Source of the DNA: Paramoeba atlantica
Lineage: Eukaryota; Protista; Discosea
Assembly: GCA_977017575.1 (NCBI GenBank)
Contig: CDRNVI010000004.1
Span: forward strand, 620,001 to 684,000
Length of the DNA stretch: 64,000 bases
Reading direction: 5' to 3'
Shown here: positions 31,854-43,759 of the stretch, in pieces
How the letters are laid out: each line of letters opens with the position of its first letter
Numbering within the stretch: the stretch's first letter is position 1
Notes under the pieces: model-generated
What the model saw: only the letters and a program-made list of their open reading frames with translations
The model's database searches: none
Told to the model about the DNA's origin: nothing
Translations under genes and position numbers: made by a program

Positions 31854-33484
31854 CAGGGGGGGTCACCAAAAAGGTGGGGGGTCTAAAATTTGTACCGTGC
31901 GAGCTTTTGACCTAATTCCTTCGGCATTCAACAGATCTCGAAATTTTAAGACTACTGGCACCATTGTTGCCGCCCCTGAAGCTGATATGACGTCATGATA
32001 AAATTTTACTGAATTTTTTGCCTGAAAATTCTGCAAAAAATCGGATTTTTATCATTTTTTATCATTTTAGCCCATTAATCTATGAATAAAATACCACTTA
32101 ACTCTTTCTAACACATCTTTTATGCCGAAAACACTTCGCCGCCAGAGGCGCACCCTCTCGACGCAACAAATCACTTATGAAACACGTAATTTGCGTCCAT
32201 GAGGTACAAAACCAGGGACGTTCGATTACAGACACTGCTGCTCTTATGAAATGCAGTGAAGCAACTGTCTCTCGATGGGTTAAACGCCACCGGGAGACAG
32301 GAGGGTTAGAACGTATAAAATACATACGTAAGAATGCGATTGATAATGAAGAGTTTCGAATAATGTTAGAATCTATTGTAGATGAAGAAATTCAACGTAG
32401 TCCCATTGGCTGTCCATCTTGGAGGTGGGTTCACCGCCAGATCGATCAAACCAAGTACCCATGCTCTCTTTCGTCTGTGAAAAGATCACTGAAAAGGAGT
32501 GGGTACATAAGCAGAAAAATGAGGAAAGTTCCTCATCTCACGCCTCAGCACAAATTCGACCGCCTGGAGTTGGCAAATCGTTTGGAGAGGTTCACCCCTT
32601 TTCAATACGCCCGTATTCTGTGGAAGGTACTAAGGAACTAGGGTGGGTGCCATTTGGGCTAATTTTTGGAATGTGTTTGTGTTTTTTTTTACCCACCCTC
32701 AAAAGATAGAGTGGTTTTTTTTGGTCAAGGGGCACCTTATTTGCAATACCTCAGGTGCAGGGGTATAGCGCACCCCACCTCCCTAGCTTAGGCGCACGAT
32801 TGACAACCCTTGCTGCGATGATCTGCTCTCGCGCGGGTTGAGCGCCGAGAGGCACCTCATCTCTAATCTGGGGAAACCATAGCCCTCGTTTGGCCAAAAG
32901 GTTTTAATAACAACAACAATAACAACAACAACAGCTAATGAAACGTTTCTCTCTGCCATGACAAAACGAAATGGTTTCTACAACTGGTTAAAGCGTAAAC
33001 CAGCGGCAACAGTGATCATGGATAACGCTCCGGGCCATAATCACGCCCGCCGCGTCGGCAGAGACATGGGTATCAGCATTCCTGATTGAAATTTGTGGAG
33101 CATGATGGATCACCACATAAAATTTACTCTCCGCCCCACAAACCGTAAGGAACTACAAGCTGCAATTCCAAAAGCGCTTGATTATCTATTATCTGATATG
33201 AAAGCATCGTATAATAATACTTTGACGAGCTTCCCGTCCCGAATCAGACTTCTTCGAGAAAAAAACGGGGGATCAATAATGAAATAATGAGAAAATCCAA
33301 ATATACAAAAAACAAAAAAACCTGTTTTTTGCCGACTCACCATTATCACTCAACCTTATATGCCTAAGTAGTTATAACTCACGTAGTCTTAAAATTTCGA
33401 GATCTGTTGAATGCCGAAGGAATTAGGTCAAAAGCTCGCACGGTACAAATTTTAGACCCCCCACTCTTTTCGTGACCCCCCTTG
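31854..33484 (+). mobile_element. Tc1/mariner element with ~105-bp TIRs and an internally deleted transposase
   Basis: TA|CAGGGGGGGTCAC...AAATTTTAAGACTAC and its inverse at the right end; HTH ORF 32177-32623, then ANETF, MDNAPGH and a C-terminal helix remnant. Confidence 0.9.
32624..32933 (+). mobile_element. 310-bp insertion with (AAC)n tail, probable retroposed SINE or LINE 3' end
   Basis: Splits ARILW|ANETF in frame; ends TTTTAATAACAACAACAATAACAACAACAACA. Confidence 0.7.
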
Positions 33485-33488
33485 TATA

Positions 33489-34236
33489 CCGTCCCCCCCC
33501 CCTATTTACTATTTAGTACCTTGCCCCCCCTATTTAGTGTTTAATTTCAAGGCTTCGCAGAAATTGGCGCCGCGAAGCGGTGCCGATTTTTTTTTTGTAC
33601 AACCCCGTTCACGAAAAATGGGACCAACCTTGAAAGAGCTGCGAGACTTGTTTTTAGTTAATTTCTTTTTAGGCATACTCAGATTACCACAGAGAACACC
33701 GAAAAAATAGTGCCGAAGCGCAAGGAAATGGACCATTGTCGCCTGGGTTAGACGCAAAGCTTTTATAAGCAGTAGGGGAAATAAAGGGTCTTAACTCCGA
33801 TGTATCGCGCGGAGCTGATGACGATATCAGCCTTGACGCTTTGTCCCCTGAAAAGGAAGCACCCGTTCCACAATTAATTCCAGATCCAAGTGACGAACAA
33901 TTCAAGTCCTTGGAGAAAAAATCAATGCCAGGGATGCAATTATCAAGAGGCTGCTTAACAAGTTCTGCAAGACTAAACGAAAGATTAGAACTCTTGAAAG
34001 AGTGTGGAGGATTTCATGGAGCCCGGAACGCGGAGAACATCAGCTGGTTCGTTTCGAAAGTTTTCGAGTGTAGTTTCGGTATCAACGAACATGGCGCCGC
34101 AAAGCGGCACCGTTTTTTTCCGCTCATTTTTTAATTTTTTATCAGTTTTTCACGTCTTTTTCATTGATCTTTCCTCTCCCCTACTTAGTGTTTAATTTTG
34201 CCCAATTCTACTAAACACTAAATAGGGGGGGGACGG
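33489..34236. mobile_element. TA-flanked MITE-like element (Tc2/pogo-type CCGT ends)
   Basis: TA|CCGTCCCCCCCCCTATTTA ... TAAATAGGGGGGGGACGG|TA; internal segment homologous to 44480-44660 (minus strand). Confidence 0.8.
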
Positions 34237-34284
34237 TAAATGTTTAGAGGTTTATAAAAACCTTTTCTAGTTCGTCGGAAAAAT

Positions 34285-35283
34285 ATGCCATTTTCATACC
34301 GGTACAAAATTATGCCCCTTTCACCCGCTTTTTCCATGTCCGTTTCGAGTTTTTTGTTTTCTGATATTGGCTCACCGCCTTCGAAACGACGTAAACAGGA
34401 TTACGAAGCACAGCCTATCATCGGGGGAACAAACTCCACCCAGAGCAGGAGTGCAAGAGTCCGATCTGCGAATCTTCCTCAAGAATACGAGCTCGCACGT
34501 TTGATTCGAGACATGGAAGGGACGCATCCCTCATGGACGATCGAAACTCCTGCGTGTGACTGGGACGGTGTTACGTGTGATGACAAGGGAGAAGTGAACG
34601 AAGTGAATTGGCACCATAAGGTAGTAACAGGCACCATACACCTTTCTTACCTGCCCTCACATGTTACACTGTTCTCTGTGGCTCAAGATAAGGAAGCTAA
34701 AGGATGTACCGGTGAGGTGTCCTGGGAAGAATTACCCTCCAAGCTGGAGTATTTATGTCTTAGTGGTAATCAATTTAGTGGGGCTGTAGACTTGACGGTT
34801 TTGCCAGATACCCTACAGTCGTTGTATTTGAACAAAAACAAATTTAGCGGAAGCATTTCTCTTACACATTTGCACGCCACGATGAGAACACTTACATTGG
34901 ATCACAACGCTCTCGATGGATCCCTGGATTTGACATCCTTACCGGAAAGCATGACCTATCTTACTTTGAATCATAATAAATTTACCGGAAGTATTTGTTT
35001 GGATTTACTTCCTCCAAAGATGAACTCACTATATCTCAATTGCAACGCGTTGTCCGGGACATTGGGTCTAAACAAACTACGTGAGCGAAGCCTGGTTCTA
35101 TTACATCTCCATGACAATAAATTTTCGGGTAATGTAGATTTGTCCCATCTTCCATTCCAATTAAAATATTTTACAGTGGCCAATAACCAGGATCTTTGCG
35201 GAGAAGTGAAAAAAACTTCCCTACGGTTCAAAGTGGGGAAAGAGAGTTGCGTGGAAGGTACAGAAATTAAAATTATAGATTAG
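34285..35283 (+). CDS. LRR family protein, 332 aa
   Basis: RVRSANLPQEYEL, PACDWDGVTC, many LRR units. Confidence 0.92.
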   Translation: MPFSYRYKIMPLSPAFSMSVSSFLFSDIGSPPSKRRKQDYEAQPIIGGTNSTQSRSARVRSANLPQEYELARLIRDMEGTHPSWTIETPACDWDGVTCDDKGEVNEVNWHHKVVTGTIHLSYLPSHVTLFSVAQDKEAKGCTGEVSWEELPSKLEYLCLSGNQFSGAVDLTVLPDTLQSLYLNKNKFSGSISLTHLHATMRTLTLDHNALDGSLDLTSLPESMTYLTLNHNKFTGSICLDLLPPKMNSLYLNCNALSGTLGLNKLRERSLVLLHLHDNKFSGNVDLSHLPFQLKYFTVANNQDLCGEVKKTSLRFKVGKESCVEGTEIKIID

Positions 35284-35609
35284 TTTTTTGTTTGTGGTTG
35301 ACTTAGTTCATGATGTGATTGAAGAAAACAAATGAGGGGCTACAGGGGCTTCGCCAGAGACCGCACCGAGAACTCTCCGTTAAACGCGGAGGTAGTTTTC
35401 AACGCGAAGCGCGCAGCAGTGGTGACTTACTGTATAAATTGAAAATAGGCACCGCGTTTACCGAAAAGATAGAAATGAGAATTACATGCAATTCATACGA
35501 TAGCAAACCAGATGTATAAGCTGCGTCTTGAGAAAGCGTGCTCATTATTTGTTTCTTCCAAAAAGCGTGCAATCCTTGAATTCCATGTTTTCTTACTCAC
35601 TGCATCATA

Positions 35610-35719
35610 CACCCCTTAAAGGATTAAAGCAGACCCTCCCCTTAAGTTTTTGACCTAATTATAATAAAAATAATAATACTTAATAGAAACGAAGGGGGAC
35701 TGCTATCCTTTAAGGGGTG
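35610..35719. mobile_element. 110-bp MITE
   Basis: TA|CACCCCTTAAAGGAT ... ATCCTTTAAGGGGTG|TA. Confidence 0.8.
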
Positions 35720-35767
35720 TATAGGTCCACTTTTTTTTGCTTGTGTACGCAATCTGTTAAGCTTTGC

Positions 35768-36396
35768 ATGTCATCAGAAACTAGTGAGGTCAGTGCCGTT
35801 TCACGCGCTGGAAAAGTTCGAGGTAATGTGTTTTGTCCAGAGAATGAATTTGCAATGCTTATTCAAAAAGTACAGAATCCGCATTCTTCCTGGGACTCAA
35901 ATACACCACTTTCTCAACGCAAAGGATTGGAATACAAACTGTGCTGGAAAAAGTCAACTGGGACAATTATAAGCTTCAGGGGTCGATTTGCTGGGAGTAC
36001 TTACCAAGATCTCTTACATATTTCTCCGTTCATTACAATCAATTAACAGGGGAACTTCAAATGAGTAATCTGCCGCCTCAGCTTGCGTACTTCTTTGTGG
36101 ATAGCAACAACCTCATTGGAACCCCGGATTTTACTCGTCTCCCTCAAACAATGAATGTTCTAGGACTTTCGGAGAACTTGTTTCACGGAGTATTGGACTT
36201 CAGTAAGATATCTGACTCACTAAGCGCTATTTGGCTGCAGGATAACGTGGAGCTAGGGGGAATTTTGGGGGAACATGTGATGCCAAAGCGAACAACGTAC
36301 GATATGAGAGGAACAAATATTGAGGTTTGGAATGGTAAACGTAAGAGAGATACGACTCGATGGGCAGACGGACGAATAACTTACCAATATTACTGA
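35768..36396 (+). pseudogene. LRR family gene with a frameshift near 35940
   Basis: RAGKVRG N-cap in one frame; VNWDNYKLQGSICWEYLPRS and LRR units in another. Confidence 0.8.
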
Positions 36397-36851
36397 TGAA
36401 GCCAGCTTACCAATATTATACTGATGTGTGTCCGGGTGTGGCTGAGTAGGGAAGGGATGAATTTTTCATTCTCATTTTCCTCATTCATTATTTCTCAATG
36501 CCTAGATAATGGCAAAGTCAATTCAATCAAAAAAAAGTCTCTTGCTGTACCCCTCTACCTAAGAGTCCGATTTTGGGCATTTGGACTCTAAAGTGGGGGC
36601 CAGCATTCTTTCATAAAATTTCAATATTGCCGGTTTCTTTTTTTCTCCATTTCTTTCTCTAATTTTTTTCTCTAATGAAGGTCGGCGTATGTGCTATCGA
36701 TAAGATAGCAGTGCCGGTAGAAATGGAAAACGAAAACTGGATGAGTTGCGCCGCGAAACGGCAAGGTTTTTTTACAGTGAGGAACAATTTTCAGACCCAC
36801 GAAAAACAATTCAGGCGCCCCCTCTTACTTCGTTTCTGCTTAAAAGGGGCG

Positions 36852-37379
36852 AAGGGGGTTGCAGCTGAATCTGGGAGGGGTCTAAAATTTGTAAAACCTG
36901 GCCAATTTTAGAAAATCATAGCGCATTGGACAGCTCTCGCAAATCCCTCTGGTGGAAAATACGTCGTTTCCCGCCGTTTCGAGCCTTACCGTTTTCATAA
37001 CGAAAATGCAAAAAGAAAACTAGCAATGTTACATAATTTTTGTATTTTTGGCATGTTGTTTTACGTTCTTTCAGTATCCGTGAATGAAAGGTGAGTCCAT
37101 TCACCAGGAGGTGTCTTAAAAGGCTCATTGCCATTCAGTGGGCAACCGATGGTAGAATGCGTTGTCTGGAGAGGTACGCCAAAACAGGGTCTTATTCTGA
37201 GGTAAGCTGTGCAAAAGACCTTGCAATTGACGTTTTCGACCTTATCCACGCTATGCAAGATGTGGAAAACGATGGAAAACGCACTTTCCACCCGAGGGAT
37301 TCGCGAGAGCTCTCGAATGCGCTATTATTTTCTAAAGTTTACAAATCTTAGACCCCCCAGATTTAGCTGCACCCCCCTG
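36852..37379. mobile_element. Non-autonomous element with ~100-bp TIRs (GAGAGCTCTCG family)
   Basis: GGGGGTTGCAGCTGAATCTGG..GGTCTAAAATTTGTAAA and its inverse ending CCCCCTG|TA; related ends near 42830, 55270-55348 and 59704-60455. Confidence 0.75.
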
Positions 37380-37540
37380 TATTAAGGGGGGGTCACAGTA
37401 ACTAACACATTATTTACCACATTACCAGATACATGGTATGCGACAATATATCGTAGTCCTACAGCGTTATCTTTGACATTCAAAGTATACCACGAGTAGA
37501 ATCAAGCTCCGTATCATCCTATACCCTTATAAAATTAACC

Positions 37541-39043
37541 ATGTTCCACTCCCGAAGTGTTGTACAACCAGGTGACATCCTCTTTCTCTCCTCTGGCTAC
37601 AACTTCGTCCACTGCGTTGAGATCCCTGTTCCGACCTCACCGCCCTCCACCTCCCCGGACGCCGTACACATCCGGGGCTGTACCCTCCCCTACTCCCGGC
37701 TCATCGGGCAACGCTACGGCACCACTCTGGAGGTTTTCCCCTCCGTATCCACAACCTCCCAACGTCACCCCTCTCGACGTCGCAAAGTTGTGGTTTCCTC
37801 TGTGAAATCAAAAGACTCAAAGACAACAATGAAACAACAACAACAGCAATCCGCTCCCCCTTCTTCTCAGAACGCGGAGGAGATGGAGGGTGGGACCACA
37901 AAAAATAAAGAGATCGAGGGTGGGACCATAAAACATAAGCAGATGGAGGGTGAGACCATAAAACATAAGCAGATGGAGGGTGAGACAAAAATAAAGGAGA
38001 CGGAGGGTGAGACACTAAAAAATAAAGAGGCAGAGGGTACTACCCCACAACCCAACCCCACAGAGCGTGAGGCTCCGCCTCCGTCTCCCCCCGCCTCCCC
38101 CCCTCCCACGGAGCACGGGGAACACGGGCACGGGACCCCCCCTCCCCCCCCTCCCCCCCCTCCCCTCACCCTCTCCCTCCTGCGCCCCACCCCCCCCCTC
38201 TGGCGCCTCACCCTCCCCCCCCGCACCCAGTTCATCCACGACCGGGACGCCGGCCTCATCCTCTCCGGGCTGCGCCTCCCCCCCGGGGCGGCCGTGCTGG
38301 AGGCCGGCACCGGCAGCGCGGCCCTCACCCACGACCTCGCGCGCGCGGTCTCCCCCCACGGGGTCGTGCACACCGTGGAGTTCCACCGGGGGCGGCATGA
38401 GGCCGCAAAGGGGGAGGTGGAGCGGCACGGGCTCGGGGGGGTGGTGCGGTGCTACTGGGGGGATGTGATGGCGGGGGGAGGGGGGGGAGGGGAGGGGGGA
38501 AAAGAGGGGGTAGCCCCTGAATGGGGAGAAAAGGCATTGGATGGGATTTTTTTAGATCTCCCCAAGCCTTGGGTTTTTGTGGAGAATCACTCACGAATAG
38601 GTGAGTGGGGGTTGAAACCGGGGGGAATGTTTTGTGCCTTCTCCCCGTGTGTGGAACAGGTGCAAAAGGTGGTGGGGGCACTGAGGAGCCACCCCTTGTT
38701 TACGGAGATTCGGGTGTGTGAGTGTCAGCCGCGGTTTTATGACCCCATGGTGCGGAATGTAAAATCGAGGAGTTGTCTTTCGGAGGAGAGAGTGGGCGAA
38801 AGTGGAAAAGACATCTCCATGGACGAAAGAACGACGGGTAGAAGGGGTTCAAAACGTGGTAAGGATTCCGATGAAGAAGAGTGTGACTCGTTTGTAACGG
38901 ACGAAAAAAAGGGCTTCTTTTCGGAGAAAGGGTCACATTCTGAATCAAGGTCCACTGGAGTGTTAGTTCCACGGAACGGCACGATTGCGCACACGGCTTT
39001 CTTGATTTTCGCCAGGCGGACTATCGAATATCAGAGTGCATAA
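37541..39043 (+). CDS. TRM61: tRNA (adenine-58-N1)-methyltransferase catalytic subunit
   Basis: LRPTP.LW...LP.RTQ.I, VLEAGTGSA, HTVEFH, DGIFLDLPKPW, LKPGG.FCAFSPCVEQV. Confidence 0.95.
   Translation: MFHSRSVVQPGDILFLSSGYNFVHCVEIPVPTSPPSTSPDAVHIRGCTLPYSRLIGQRYGTTLEVFPSVSTTSQRHPSRRRKVVVSSVKSKDSKTTMKQQQQQSAPPSSQNAEEMEGGTTKNKEIEGGTIKHKQMEGETIKHKQMEGETKIKETEGETLKNKEAEGTTPQPNPTEREAPPPSPPASPPPTEHGEHGHGTPPPPPPPPPLTLSLLRPTPPLWRLTLPPRTQFIHDRDAGLILSGLRLPPGAAVLEAGTGSAALTHDLARAVSPHGVVHTVEFHRGRHEAAKGEVERHGLGGVVRCYWGDVMAGGGGGGEGGKEGVAPEWGEKALDGIFLDLPKPWVFVENHSRIGEWGLKPGGMFCAFSPCVEQVQKVVGALRSHPLFTEIRVCECQPRFYDPMVRNVKSRSCLSEERVGESGKDISMDERTTGRRGSKRGKDSDEEECDSFVTDEKKGFFSEKGSHSESRSTGVLVPRNGTIAHTAFLIFARRTIEYQSA
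37883..38042 (+). repeat. ~30-bp coding tandem repeat, ~6 units (EG(G/E)T.K.K..) inside TRM61
   Basis: GAGGGTG(G/A)GAC... units. Confidence 0.9.
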
Positions 39044-39182
39044 TTGAGAAACGTGCTGTATGTTGGATTATTGGCGCTCTGCATTGTGTTAGCTCTTGCG
39101 CTCTCGTTTTTGTTATGGTTATTTTCGACGTTTCACTTGTTTTCCCCTCGACGTTTTACTATCATTTAATAGAATGAACATC

Positions 39183-39264
39183 GCATGACTACGGACTATT
39201 AGCATGACTACATAGCATGACTACGGACTATTAGCATGACTACATAGCATGACTACGGACTATT
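39183..39264. repeat. Higher-order tandem repeat ABABA (19 bp + 13 bp)
   Basis: GCATGACTACGGACTATTA alternating with GCATGACTACATA. Confidence 0.9.
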
Positions 39265-39353
39265 GCAGCGAATGTTGAAATACAAAATTCTTTGAACAAA
39301 TGCCTAATCAAATTAATAATGTCAAATGCTCAAGATTTTAGAATACGCTTATA

Positions 39354-40275
39354 AACCCCTCCGCACCAATAAGGCACCCACCCTTAACTTTCAGCCAAAT
39401 GTCCGTTTGGGCTGATTTTTGTTGCATTTTGCAGATCTCAACATAAAGAGTTTGCGCGTGAAGAAATGAAACAAAAAGAAACGAATACGTATATTTTAGA
39501 GAATGATTACCATTTTGTCACCTTTTCTCCGTTACTCGCCACACAAGCTTTGAGGCGAGCATCTAAGCTCAAGACCCAATTATAAATATAATCTTGAGAC
39601 AATTTACGCCAAGCTTTACGTACGCTTTTTATGAGATCTTCTTTATTTGCCGGATTGTATTCATCTACAAGACTTTGTACCATGCTCCACACGTTTTCTA
39701 TTGGTGAGAGATCGGGGGAGTTGGGTGGCCAATTTTTCAAAAATTTCATTTTGTTGTCATCAAGGTACGTTTTTGTTTCCTTCGCAGTGTGAGGTGTTGC
39801 CCCATCTTGCTGAAAAATACAGTTTGGGGTGAATGGTACTTTTTTTAATGTTTTAATGTACGAAACACATGTAATTGAGTTGGATGGAAGAATAACAAAG
39901 TGTCTTTGGATTCTTTTTTTACTTCAGGGCTCAGAGTGTAAAGAATTTCAGGCGAATTGTTTTTCCAATATGTTTCACATTGACATTAAACCCGCGGGCT
40001 AGTTACCTTATCGCAACCCCGTGGCCAAGCCTCATGCGCCATAACACTTTTCCACTTTCTGTAAGACCACCCCTGGGGAGTCGATACGTATTTTTTGGCA
40101 TGAAAAGTGAATTTTTTTAAAACATACATTCAACTTTTTTATATTTTTCGAAATGACCTAAAGACAACGGGAACGTACAGATCTCAAAATTTTGCACGAT
40201 AAAGTGGTGCGATAACCCCTCTAGCCCCCCTCGTGCGAAAAATAATGGTGGGTGCCTTTTTGATGCGGAGGGGTT
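39354..40275 (-). mobile_element. Tc1 deletion derivative with TIRs and transposase C-terminus
   Basis: TA|AACCCCTCCGCA(CC/TC)AA(T/A)AAGGCACCCACC at both ends; WPPNSPDLSPIENVWS. Confidence 0.85.
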
Positions 40276-41453
40276 TAATAATACTTTTTCCAATGTAAAG
40301 TATATAAGTAATGATATCTGCATCTCGGTGACTACTGCCGCCACTATACGGTCAACCACAGCAAAGAGTTTATCACGCTCGCAGGCCATCATACAAATCA
40401 TGCCGAGGCTGCTCACAAAACCTTTAAACAATGGGTGAAGCAGCAACATTACAATTATGTGGCATCATCTATGGATATCCAACGAAACGTTGCTCTGCAA
40501 TGTGTAAAGTTTGGTTATGGTAAAACTGAACGAAAGCAAGCGTGGCAGATTAGATTTGCGAACTTGTTGCAGTGTATACTGCAGTACTTCACTTCTACTG
40601 CAATTCACTTTACTTCTACTGCAATTTTCTCGATGACGCCAGCGAGAGTTATTGCTCTTGTTCGGGAGATGATCAAGAACTTTCGTCCTGTGAGGAATAA
40701 GATTTTTTATACATAATATGTGCTATGTGAGACTTGAGAATGAAATTTGGCCCGTCCCATAATAAGAAGCATAGTCTGCACATTCCAGAAAATTACATCT
40801 TCAGAAGGAAATTTCTCCTTGTAAACAAGAAAAAAGTCTATCGCAAAGAATGTCAAGCTTGGTGGAGGGAATCATCGCACCTTTTCGTCGCAGACGTGCC
40901 CATTTATCTACTTTCGGAGACTGCTCTGATAGTTGGGGGGCAAGAGAAGGCTGTGTTGGTTTGGAGATTCGAGAGCTAGAAATTGATTCCAGAGCTGCAC
41001 GCGCAACGAAAGGTGGTATTCTAAAAGGTTTTGAGCTTGAAAGAATTTTTTCGTCATGATCTTGCTTCTGTTTAATTTTCTCTTCTGAAGATGGGACATT
41101 ACAATCATTCCAACTCCACTGGTGACTAGTCAGTGGATTGAAAATTAACTGAGTTGAAATTTTTAAAATTCTTTCGCGGTACCGCTCCCATGTTTTTTCA
41201 TGAGCGTAGTAAATAAGATTCATGAATACCGCTCTGGGCACTTTGCTAATGGACGGATATTCAGCCTTCCACTTCTTCAGTGCGCGATGGTAAATTCTCT
41301 TAAAATCTCTGGAAGAAAAGCCTATTCATTTCAAAGAAAAACTATTTACAAGAGGTGAATTAGACCACGATGGAGGCAAGAATTATTCAACCCTTCATAA
41401 CAAAAAGGTGCGATAGATGTAAATTTAATAAACAAGATTCCTCTTCAGAATCC

Positions 41454-41686
41454 CTACCACACCGTGTCCCCCACCTCCATTGCCGCGGCAGCTCTCAACA
41501 TCTGAGCGTTTCCGCGCTGGATGGGGACGCCGATGGACATGATGGCGTGCTCCATGAAGCCCGATGGGTTGGTTGCTTGTCTCCCCAATTTACGTAAAAG
41601 GGAGAGTGTCATGTTACCCGGGATTCCGAAGGCCTTAAAGGCTAGCGGGAAGAGGGTCATCCCTTTTTCACTCGCTGTTTTTTAAA
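41454..41686 (-). mobile_element. 5'-truncated CRE-clade fragment (RLE C-terminus)
   Basis: KGMTLFPLAFKAFGIPG..TLSLLRKL...GFMEHAIMSIGVPIQRGNAQML aligns with RGMHFYPLAFTVFGVAG...GFLRHALQAINVVVQKGNAAIL of ORF2. Confidence 0.85.
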
Positions 41687-41896
41687 ATTGTTGATGAAAT
41701 ATTTATATTTTTCCTTGTATATCATGCACTTGACTATAGGGAGTACCAGCACCGGGAACGCGATGCATGTCGCAGTTTATAGGTCTGTGGTACGATGTGC
41801 TGTGTAATCATCCACCAAAATCGCAGTCGGCGGTTTATGACCACTGATGTTGTTAATATTTTTTTTTAAGAGATGAGTGAAAAGATGTACCCTGAA

Positions 41897-42504
41897 TTAG
41901 TTACTTCGACGTATACCGCGTGGTTCATGGTGCCCGCTATACCGGTAACTTCCTGTACAATGTAGGACACGCGATTTTGCTGCTTCCTGTGCTGATGAAG
42001 TGAAAATGATGGTAGGTGGAAGCCGGTAGACCCTTCTTTCTTTTATGTCGTACAGGCGAGCAAGAAAAACGGTAAGAGTTTCCTTGGCATTATTTCCACT
42101 CACTCTTACATTGTGCACACCTTTTGGAGCAAGGGTTCGTTCGCGGACCTCCCCACCGACGCTCAAACCTGTTTCATCTCCGAAAAACGCGTATGAATAG
42201 TTTCTGACACTATGCTGAGTATACAAGTGATTTGCCTATTGCTGTATTCTGTCGGCGATTTTGCTCTGAGATATGTGATGCTTTTCCTGTGATTCAAAAA
42301 AAATCTTAAACTTTTTGTAGATACGCTCTTTTCCCCTATCGGAAGACCTTCTGAGAAAGCGCCATATTTTTGCATGGCATCATGAACCATTTCCTTAGTA
42401 ATCATACAATGTCTCTGTAATATAGAGCACAATTTCCCGTGCACTTCCCTGTCGTGATTAAATTTCCGCAGCCGCTTACTTTTGCTACCTGCCTTCGTTA
42501 TCAT
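41897..42504 (-). pseudogene. pogo/Tc2-like transposase fragment (CENP-B-like HTH plus first catalytic Asp)
   Basis: FFGDETG, KETLTVFL, RLPPTIIF; upstream STKSLRFFLNHRKSI. Confidence 0.7.
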
Positions 42505-43129
42505 GGCCTTTTTATTTTACCAGCGAAGACATGAGAATAGAGATGCGTCGCCAGTTTTTTTTCACTATTTTCGTTATTTTTCGGAGGTTTTACTGTACCT
42601 GTCGCGACGTATAGTACCTGTATCTAGTTACTGTACCGGGGGGGTACATTAACCCGGACGGGGGTTTATAAAAGTATTTTGACCCCCACTTAATTGTCAT
42701 AGCCTAACCCCCCCTACTTATTTGTCCCTTTTTTTCGAAAAACAGGTGACAAATACAGGAAGTGGGGGGGCATGTAAGTGGGGGGGCACAGTATGTGTCA
42801 CCACAAGAAAAGGTAAAAAAGGCGTAACTCTGCGAGAGCTCTCTAACGCACTATTCGTGCTCACCCCTGAATACAGACGTACATGTATTGTACCTGGTAG
42901 GTTTATAAACCCGGAACATGATTTAGTTTTCTAGTTTCTACTTTCCTAATATTTACTACTCTCATTAATAATTACACATGTATAACTCTCTAAAAATATT
43001 AAAAACGCTTGCGAAACCTCTCGTAAGCGTGTGGTCTGCGACCAACATTGAAGAACATTTTTGTCTTCCAATTATCTCCAAACCATCTTCTAACGAGGTT
43101 TTTGGAGTTTTTCAGTTTCACATTTCAAT

Positions 43130-43759
43130 ATGCTCTGTATGTGTAGCACATTCTTGCTGACAAAGGACGGCGCATCTCGTCCTCGAAAGGTGCATGGCTC
43201 TCTGTTACCACAGGAGTGTACTCTCGTGCGATTCATAAGTAATGTAACCACTTCAGAAAAATCGTGGAGTGAGTCGACACCCGCATGTGAGTGGGACCAT
43301 GTTGAGTGTAACAGCGAAATGCAAGTGACTCATCTTCACTGGAATAGCGGATTTCTGGACTCCGACTATCCTTGTGTAGAAGGTACACCGCAGTGGGAAC
43401 ATATACCCCGGACACTTGTTTCCTTCGTAGCATATTGGCAGAATTTGACGGGTACTATAAACTTTTCCTTACTTCCAGAGTCGTTAGCGAAGTTCGACGT
43501 CAGTATGAATAAATTTTATGGATGCATAGATCTTACCGCTTTGCCCAGGGCGCTGGAAATCCTTTCCTTAGATGACAACGAATTTTATGGCGGAATTGAG
43601 TTCACACGCCTTCCGGCGTCTTTAAGAAAGCTTGATCTCAGAGACAACTTGTTGAATGGACCATTGGATTTCACAGGAGTTTCAGCTGATCTCAAGATAC
43701 TTCTTAGTAGAAATCGTTTTGAAGTACCGGACTTTATTCCAAACGGCGTAGTCTTCTGA
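43130..43759 (+). CDS. LRR family protein, 209 aa
   Basis: RKVHGSLLPQE, PACEWDHVEC, LRR units. Confidence 0.9.
   Translation: MLCMCSTFLLTKDGASRPRKVHGSLLPQECTLVRFISNVTTSEKSWSESTPACEWDHVECNSEMQVTHLHWNSGFLDSDYPCVEGTPQWEHIPRTLVSFVAYWQNLTGTINFSLLPESLAKFDVSMNKFYGCIDLTALPRALEILSLDDNEFYGGIEFTRLPASLRKLDLRDNLLNGPLDFTGVSADLKILLSRNRFEVPDFIPNGVVF

Noticed and set aside
37557-38994. Overlapping and antisense ORFs across TRM61 and the 1353-aa gene
   Set aside because: Expected by-product of high GC and low-complexity sequence; translations are Pro/Gly/Arg-rich without motifs
40117-41241. Protein-coding genes among the 60-150 aa ORFs between the Tc1 and CRE fragments
   Set aside because: No motifs, both strands involved, embedded in TE debris
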